This document shows, in pieces, positions 55,500 through 64,000 of a stretch of DNA of 64,000 nucleotides. Numbering within the stretch: the stretch's first letter is position 1; each line of letters begins with the position of its first letter. The notes beneath the pieces are model-generated. The model did not search any database and was not told where the DNA came from. It saw nothing but the letters and a program-made list of their open reading frames with translations. Position numbers and translations under genes: made by a program. The stretch comes from Octopus sinensis (Eukaryota), in contig NC_043012.1 of assembly GCF_006345805.1 (NCBI RefSeq), positions 19,964,001-20,028,000 on the forward strand, given 5' to 3'.

Positions 55500-56760
55500 T
55501 ATTGAACGACCATACATCAATTTAGTTTGGAAGTGTTCATTATCCGAGCACTTATCCCACTTGAAATATACTGGGGTGTAGTGGATTATTTAGTGTAATG
55601 TTTTATCCTTTATTATAACTTATAATTATATAAGTATGTGTATTAAGAAAAGGTAAGCAACAACCACACTTCATTTCTTCAAACTTTTAAAAGAAAACAC
55701 GCATGCTACATTTATGTTCATAATTACACTTTCATGTCCGGAACATTCGACTTCCGAAATATAAGAGTCACTACGTATTCCATTGGCGGGTAGAGCATTT
55801 AAAAGCCTTATCTTTGTAGTTTCTTTAATTTCTGCTGAACAAACAGATGCATTTTAATAAGTGCCGATTGCGTTTATTTTCACTTGCAACCGTGTAAGAA
55901 AATGGCGTTTTTCTACTACAAATCAGTAAGAAACATTTCCAGCATTCAAAGCGAAATTCTTTCACCACCTATCATATATTTCACAAATAATTAATTATAA
56001 ATACGTTCTGCACAGGAAAGGGCAGAGGCAGCCTATTCTACAACATCAAAGTTGAATTAAACTGTGTACTGAAGAAAGTGAGAAAATGTTATTGTCAGTT
56101 ATATCATTAGAATTATTTTTGAACGATAACTTCCACTAAAGTTCGCTGCCACCAACTTCAAACACTACATGTTACTGTGAATTGGATCTAATTATATGGG
56201 TTACTGGCAGTGCAGAAAATGTCTCTGAGTAATCTTTCCACAATTTATTCCATTTAAACTTTCATATGTACATTACGGTCGGTCTCAAAGCTTTCCTTAT
56301 ATTGCCATTGACGATTTACATACCATTACAAGGAGTTACATAAAACTATTGAATATATACGAATTTCCATGTCTGTTTAACTGTCTTGATTTACAAAATA
56401 TTCAGAATAATCATGAGAAATTAAGCACCACAAGACATATAACATATTTTGAGATTCATATTATGATCCATGGTTAATACTACTGGCCTAAACGAAAATA
56501 TGTATTTTACTTTATAAATCCGGGTTGCATATACAATCCTCCGAATATATCAACCTCAATTCTGAAATACAAAAAATATACCATGTTCATCCCTAATCAC
56601 TTAGTATCACTTCAGCTGGTGATTTCCAGATATATAGTGACTATTAATGGTTCTTTCATTTTTTTATTGCAACTATAATTACATATTATATGAAATATGA
56701 GATAATATGACATACCAAAAATTGCATTCACCACTCCCTTATGACTCTTAAATTTCTTTT
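55500..56760 (+). pseudogene. Toll-like receptor pseudogene, copy K (clearest complete C-terminal architecture)
   Basis: AFKSLIFVVL*FLLN; LELFLNDNF (56107-56133) in frame with CYCELDLIIW (56170-56199); TM-like YITVGLKAFLILPLTIY; TIR YNIF*DSYYDPW...KICIL (56438-56509) then, after a frameshift, FINPGCIYNPPNISTSILKYKKYTMFIPNHLVS (56511-56609). Confidence 0.7.
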
Positions 56761-57849
56761 ATAGAAAGAAACCATTTGCACCAAAAGATTTCAATACCGA
56801 AATATATCGCTCTCATAAATGTTATTTAGAATTCAATAATTCAATTTCACTCATTACATGCAGCAGGCAGATGATACCCTCTATAAATTTTTTTCATATT
56901 CAGAAAACGCGAGCAATACTTCTATTTTTAAACATACTAACATATCTTAGTTGGAGAAGTTTTTGTAGAACAATATTCGCCGCAGTATAAATCTGGTCAA
57001 CTTACGACAATTGTGTAAGGTATATGTACAAAGGAAGAGCATGCTAAATCTTTAAAGAATGGTTTATACTCTATCGTTATACTGCAAGCTCTGTGTTTTC
57101 ATTATATTTAAACATGGAGCAAATGCCATTGTCATATTCCATTATCCATGCAACCTCCGAATGATTCACCTCTGTATATATTCAGGTGACGAACTAAGCG
57201 TGATGAAACTCAGAATTAACCAAGAAGGGTCTTATATATACATACGTATGTGTATATGTGTGCATGTAAAGGAGTGTTTTCCTGTTGCATACATAAAAAA
57301 AGCTTACCAATAAAGAAGTTTTGCAAGCATGTGATATGGACTTGGAAGTTCAGCTAGTGACATAGTTTAACAAAGGTTGAAGACTTTAGCTATGGAGATC
57401 GATTTTTAAAAAAAAATCGTGAGTCCAGTAATGGGGATGAGGCAATCGACTGATTCTTCCAAAATCAAAACGTGTTCGTTCCTTGTAACGATAATAGAAA
57501 TGATAACCAGAACAAGAACAACAATAACACTACTACTACTACTAAGACTACCACTACTACGACTACCACTACTACTACTACTGCTACAACTGCTACTACT
57601 ACTACTACAACTCCTACTACTACTACTACTGCTGCTGCTAATACTACTACTACTACTACTACTAATAATAATAATAATTATTATTATTATTATTATCATT
57701 ATTATAGTTATAATAATAATAAAGAGAAGGAAAAGAAGGAGGGGGGAAGAAAACAAACTAAGGTGGTATATACAAAAGTGCCGTGAAACACCTGTTGAAA
57801 CACACTAACAGGTGAAAATTGTGTGACTAAAGAAATGAACAACAAAAAA

Positions 57850-58610
57850 TAAAAGCAAGGAAGGAAAAAATGTACGGACAGTTTGCAAGAGATGTGACTG
57901 CCAAACCAGATGCAGAGGACCAGTTACTATGGATGATGAGGAGTGACCTGAAGATAGAGACAGAAGCATTAATATGCGCAGCTCAGGAACAAGCGTTAAG
58001 GACCAATAATATGAGGTGCAGAACTGAGAGCACTACCGATAGTGACAAATGCCGAATGAGTGGTGAGAGGGGTGAAACAATATGGTGTACCGTTAGCGAA
58101 TGATCGAAATTGGCACAACGCGAATACAAAAAAAAAATGTGGCAAAAATGATCCACTGGGAGCTCTGTGGATATGACGGCCTACATACACCGAAAACTTG
58201 GTATGAGAAAACCCCAGGAGTCACTGAAAATGAGAACTTCATAATCCTGTTGGATGTAATGTTCCCATACGGTTACCTAACCTGCCATAGAAAACTGGAC
58301 ATTGTTGTGGGGAATGTAAATGAAAGATATGTAAAATAACCGACATAGCGTGCCACAGTGACAATAGGATCAATGTGAAAGAAGTAGAAAAAAATAAACA
58401 ACTATAACGATTTAAAGTGGGAAATACGAAATTTGTGGACAATGAGGAGAGTGGACGTGATACCAATAGTAATTGGTGCGCTTGGAAGTATGAAGTCAAC
58501 TTCCAATATGGCTGAAAATGTTCGGTGCAAGTGTGATGGTAGAACACCTACAAAATCAGCATTGCTTTGGTTTCTAGAATTCTTCACAGTGCTCTTAAAC
58601 AATGACCAGT
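57850..58610 (+). mobile_element. R4/Dong-like LINE 3' end (zinc-knuckle region and REL endonuclease), followed by an (AAT)n tail
   Basis: ETEALICAAQEQALRTN...KCRM...ETI, KLDIVV...DIAC and DLKWEIRNLW...VIPIVIGALG. Confidence 0.9.
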
Positions 58611-58889
58611 AAACATGTGTCACTTTTTGTCTTTTGACACTTTCAATTATACCCAGCAAAACAAGCTGCTGTGACATATAATAATAATAATAATAATATT
58701 TATAATAATAAAAAAACTAATAATAATAATAATAAAAATAATAACAACAACAACAACAACAATAATAATAATAATAAATAATAATAATAATAAGCTAATA
58801 ATAATAATAATTATTATTATTATTATTACTATTATTATTATTATTGTTATTATCATTATTATTATTATTAGTTTCTTATTATTATGCTA

Positions 58890-59560
58890 GTTACCTGCAG
58901 CTTACGGTACCATGCTATCCGTTCTTTCCAGCTATCTAATCCTTTCCTGACCGTGCCAAAGACCCAACAATTATTGGCTCTGTCTTTGGCACATTCTTCA
59001 TTTTACATAGCGGGGCTATTTCGTACATAAGAGTATTGTAACTTTTCACCTTCCTTCTTGATTATTCGTAGCTAGTTGCGATAAGAGCAATATTTTCATC
59101 CACTTTATTACAGACGGGGCACAATCGAAACACTTACTGATCCCTATGGTCGACCCTCCAAGTCGTGGCTAAAGCCTAGTGTTCTCGGTCTCTTTTCTTA
59201 CTGTTCCTTTCTTCTGCAAATCACAAGTAATTTTTCAAGCAATTTCTGTTGTGGCTACATGGAATTGATTATGTAGCCCCTTGGTGCATAATTCTTTCTC
59301 ATGTCCTTTTTTTTATTTCTCCTTTTGTTTTTCCTTTGTTCTCTGCTTTCAACATTCCCTCATCCCTGACTAACACTAGCAAGTTTTCATTACTGTGGGT
59401 TAGGTATCTCATTGAACTATCGAGTTCAATACGCACGCACTCTTCCACACTCATCAGTCCCGTTACTCCATTTGCTCTGTTCACGTATATATAGGCGATC
59501 GGTGTCCAGACGTAGATGATGGACTCCATGCATCGTTAGGAGCTTTCACGACTTCCTGTC
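58890..59560 (-). mobile_element. Second R4/Dong-like LINE 3' portion, convergent with the first
   Basis: GLMSVEECVRIE...YLTHSNENLL and KMKNVPKTEPIIVGSL. Its tail reads (ATT)n on plus at about 58810-58870. Confidence 0.75.
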
Positions 59561-60288
59561 CATTTATTTTAGCTCCCCCACTGTCTGCTTCAGGATTCCA
59601 GCGCCATACCGAACTATTTCGACAGTGCGCGCGTTTATTGCCAAAAGTATTTCAATACGATTACAATACGCATAAGTAATATTATATGCAAAGAGAAAAA
59701 AAAAATTCTATGGAGTTATTTGTCGCCAAAATATAAATCACATCAACCTTGGATTTCACAGTTGCCTGGTCATCATATTCATTGCCAATATAATCAGAAT
59801 TAGAAGAGGAAGAAATGTGTTCTTTCCACAGATTCGTACTCTGAAACTTGCCGACCTTTGGCAGGTTTGTTGTTCTGCATCAAAGTGATGTGATACGTTC
59901 CATTGACAAATTTAGCAAAGTAACAACAAAAACGATATATATGTGCGTTGTGTGTATGTGTGTAGATTTGTGTGTTTTTATCTGTATGTACATGTGTACA
60001 AGCATAACATATAGCTATATGCATTTAGAAGTTCGTGTAAGTCGGGATAAATATTACCTATATGCATTTATAAATATATGTAAATTCCTGAAACATGCAC
60101 ATGTCGCATCGCCATAATATTTTACAAACATATTATTACATCTACATGTGTAGGAAGATTTTGAAGCGTTGTCTCCTAAGAAATTATGAAAGAGAAATTA
60201 GAAACATGGCGGTACACGTATAGTGTGTGTATACATGCCCACACATATATATAATACTATGTCTAGGGAGAGCCATTTTGTTCTAACG

Positions 60289-60324
<36 letters not shown>

Positions 60325-60439
60325 CAGTAGGGACTTTTGTCAGTAATCAGGTTGTGCTCTCAAAGCGACGAATATATTTTGGTAAATAAAATTTTAATTG
60401 AAACTAACGTATATGTGAGTGTTCTTGTGGTTAAGTATG

Positions 60440-60508
<69 letters not shown>

Positions 60509-60556
60509 TTATATATATATATGTATATATATTTATGTATATATATTATATATATA

Positions 60557-60602
<46 letters not shown>

Positions 60603-61359
60603 TGTGTATGTATGTATGTATATATGTATGTACGCATATATATGAGAACTTTTTGCGTAATGAAATAAAAACCAAGGCTGTATAGATATTAGACCTTTAT
60701 AGATAGAAATTCTTACATCTGTTTCCAGGATATCAGTTAATAATATCTCTTCATCGGTGAGAGGAAAACATAAGTCATAGTTAGTTTCGATATGATACAA
60801 ATAGAGAGTGAGGTGGAGAAAAGAAAATAGATGTAAGGCATGTATGGTTATTGAATTTGTAAATCCGTTTTATATACAGAATGGTGGATATAAAATATTC
60901 CAATATCCTTTGAATAAAATCCCAAAAAAGAGTTTAGTATGAGTCCATCCAAATATAGCGTTTACAAGCAAAGTAAAATTCTCTTAAACTTGGTCATTCC
61001 CAGTAGAGAATTTATATAGAGTGTAGCAGAGTCAAGGTTTGTATTTAAAGTGACCTAGAAATAGGGAGTGCATTAGTATGGTTAAGATGAGAGCAGGAAG
61101 TGAGGAATGAAAAAAAGAAGAAAGAGACAAAAGAGGAGAGAAAGAAAGAATGAAAGAGAAGAGAGAAAGATTAGTAAAAATAACAAAAAAATAAAAATAA
61201 AGAATAAAAGAAATAAGCGAAAGAAAAAAGAAAAATTAAGATGTAGGTCGGTCAGTGGTCAGTGGAGATAATTTGAAAGTAGGAGTGAAGATAGAGTGGG
61301 AATATACATAGTTAAAAGTTTAGTGAAAGATAGTAATTATATTCTATTACAGCGTCCAT

Positions 61360-63400
61360 TTTCATTCCATAAAATGTACCTGTGGGGAGTAGAAAATTGA
61401 CAATTATTAATACACGTCCAAGTGATATAGAAATTAAGAAGGAATCAGGTGGTCATGGGATGTCCTAGAAATAACAGCTTCTTTAAGTCACACACATTTT
61501 CGTTTGAAAATAATTTTGAAATTAACGGAAACAATATTCGAACTATCTATTTAAATATTGTGATTTACAAAGAAAAAAAAAATGGAAGACTAATTTTAGG
61601 ATTTATTGTCTTTAAATTGCGTTTCCTTTTCATTTGTTTTTAATAAATTAGAGATTGTAATGTTATTCTCCAATTACCATTTTTCTTTTAATCTTGTAAG
61701 TTTCGTCTTTTGTTTAGTTTGATATGATGACGATATGCAAGGCCTATTTAATTTTTGCACTTGCCATTCTCAGAAATCACTTTACATTTTTCATTACAAT
61801 TAAAAAGCCTTGTGTATCCTAAATATTCTTATTGAGCAAAGGAAAATTCAGCATCCTATGATATTCAATATTTCTCTCGTTCTTTAATTTCCACGATGGT
61901 GTGCATGTTTTTATTTATTTTTTGGGGCTAAATTTCGTGAGGAAATGCTTTTAGCATCAAGAAAAAAAATGTGTTTAATATTAATTCTACGGAAAGCGAC
62001 GACATTTTAAGGACTTCCGCGTCTGTCTTTACGTTCTGAATTTAAATTCCACCGAGGTCGACTTTGCCATTCATTCTTTCGGGGTCGATAGAATAAGTAC
62101 CAGTTGCGTAGTAGGGTCGATCTAATCGACTGCCCCCACTTACCCCAAATATTGTACCTAGAGTAGAAGAGAATATTATTTCTACGGAGGGCAGCGAGCT
62201 AGCAGAAACGTTTGCACTCCGGGCGAAATGCTTTGCGGTATTTCGTCTGCCGCTACGTTCTGAGTTCAAATTCCGCCAAGTTCAACTTTGCCTTTCATCC
62301 TTTCGGGGTCGATAAATTAAGTAACAGTTACGCACTGGGGGTTGATGTAATCGACTTAATCCGTTTGTCTGTCCTCTCTGTGTTTAGCCCCTTGTGGGTA
62401 GTAAAGAAAAAGGTATTTCGTCTGTGGTTACGTTCTCAGTTCAAATGCCGCCCGGCGTTCTAAAGAATCTGTCAGCTTTAAAAAATGTGCCTAATATTAG
62501 TTTCAAATTTTTGGGAGGGATTAATCTCATTACATCGAACCTAGTCCTCAACTGATACTTATCCTAAGGAATGAAATCAAAGGTGACTTCTGAAGCATTT
62601 GAATGCAGAATGTTAAGACGGACGAGATGACGCAATTTTTTTTTACCTGGTGTGTGCTAACGATTCTGCCACTCGCCGCCTTGTATTTCATATTAATATT
62701 ATGCATTTCATGCCTTTCGCTGTCGATAAAATAAGTACCAGTTGAGCAGTGGGATCACTATAATCGACTTACACTTTCCCTGAAGCTGCTGCTTCGTGCA
62801 AAATCTAGAAAACAATATTCATATGAAATATAAAGAATTTTCAGCGCTTTAACTTGCTATACTCGCAGTGTTGTGCTGGCAGTTTCACTGTAGTGTACAA
62901 GTGTTTCCATTCGTCATTCATATTTCAGAAAATGCGATAAACATTTCTCTAAATGATCTGGGATTTTTCAATTGTCTATTCACTTTAACTGATACGTATT
63001 TGATAGAAGATACATTCACACTTCAAAGACTACGGAACAATTTAGTGATTTTCTCCGAGATTTTTCTTTCATGCACATTGCGAAATGAAATCTCGATGGT
63101 GGTTGATTTATCTCCCGAATGCGATATAAACAGGAATGCATATATGCACCAAAGTATCTTATGAGATATTCTCTCATGATTAACCACCACAGTATTCTCT
63201 ATTCCAACGCAGCACTCGGTTTTAGTTGGTTATATATATTACCATCTTACAATTAACACTGCTTTTGTCTCTATTAATCATCAGATAGATAAATACAGAT
63301 ATATACACGTACTTCTATCTATATCTGTATCTTTTAATCTCTCTTTATATATGTTAAGTATACTTTCTTGTATATAAAGACAGACATCGTGTCTATTTGC
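61360..63400 (+). pseudogene. TLR-like pseudogene, copy L, interrupted by SINEs
   Basis: KCTCG (61372-61386), FEINGNNIRTI (61515-61547), VIHISENAIN and VVDLSPECD (ORF 62868-63164), and the TM-like VLLSISVSFNLSLYMLSILSCI. Confidence 0.5.
62020..62460 (+). mobile_element. Tandem SINE fragments (third family)
   Basis: cgtctg...acgttctgagttcaaattcc...ctttcggggtcgataaattaagta is repeated, with a further partial copy at about 62710-62770. Confidence 0.8.
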
Positions 63401-63570
63401 TATTCGATTATCGGTAGCATCAAAAGTCAAAGTACTCCAACCAGCGACGTATAAATCTCGTTTACAACACAAGGTTTAAAACTGATCTACTGCAATATTC
63501 ATACTGAGATGATACTACAGTCAGGCAAATAGACGCAATTTTTGCCCGTCTCCGTTGCTAATATGCACAC

Positions 63571-63632
<62 letters not shown>

Positions 63633-63803
63633 ACACCTGTTTAATATATTAAGAAAGAGTAAAGAGTTATAAACAAACGGAACAAACATACAAAATCGAC
63701 AAATCCCCATCAGTCATCGTCCACAGAATCGCAACAGCGTCACACCTCTTTATGTATACATATATATATGCGTGCGTGTGTGTGTGTATGTGTGTGTGTG
63801 TGT

Positions 63804-63949
63804 GCGGTAAGTAGCTTGTTTATCAACCACATTGTTCCGGGGTCAGTCCTAGTGCATAGCACCTTGGGCAAGTGTCTTCTACTATAGCTACGAGCCGACC
63901 AAAACATAGTGAGTGAATTTGGTAGACGGAAACTAAAAGACGCCCGTCG

Positions 63950-63960
<11 letters not shown>
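63804..63960 (+). mobile_element. 5' half of the SINE family of 37097
   Basis: ggtaagtagcttgttt..caaccac...caccttgggcaagtgtcttctactata...ggtagacggaaact. Confidence 0.85.
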
Positions 63961-63980
<20 letters not shown>

Positions 63981-64000
63981 GTGTGTGTGTGTGTGTGTGT

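Overview
AT-rich eukaryotic DNA packed with microsatellites, most likely a coleoid cephalopod such as Octopus (inferred from the SINE, LINE and mariner repertoire and the (TA)n, (CATA)n and (AGAT)n tracts; not provable from the sequence). I find no intact host protein-coding gene, and most listed ORFs are read-throughs of microsatellites or transposon relics. The window has two layers. (1) Mobile elements: Penelope-like elements with minimal hammerhead-ribozyme motifs, CR1-group, RTE and R4/Dong-like LINE fragments, three mariner elements, a maT/Tc1-like fragment, tRNA-derived SINEs and MITE-like or fold-back palindromes. (2) Most of the 'unique' DNA between these elements translates, across stops and frameshifts, into leucine-rich-repeat, LRR-CT (CxC), transmembrane and TIR motifs in the order expected for single-exon Toll-like receptors. 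About 11 such segments lie on both strands, so the window looks like a decayed TLR gene cluster that the ORF track misses entirely. All protein-family calls come from motif matching by eye and need HMM or tBLASTn confirmation.
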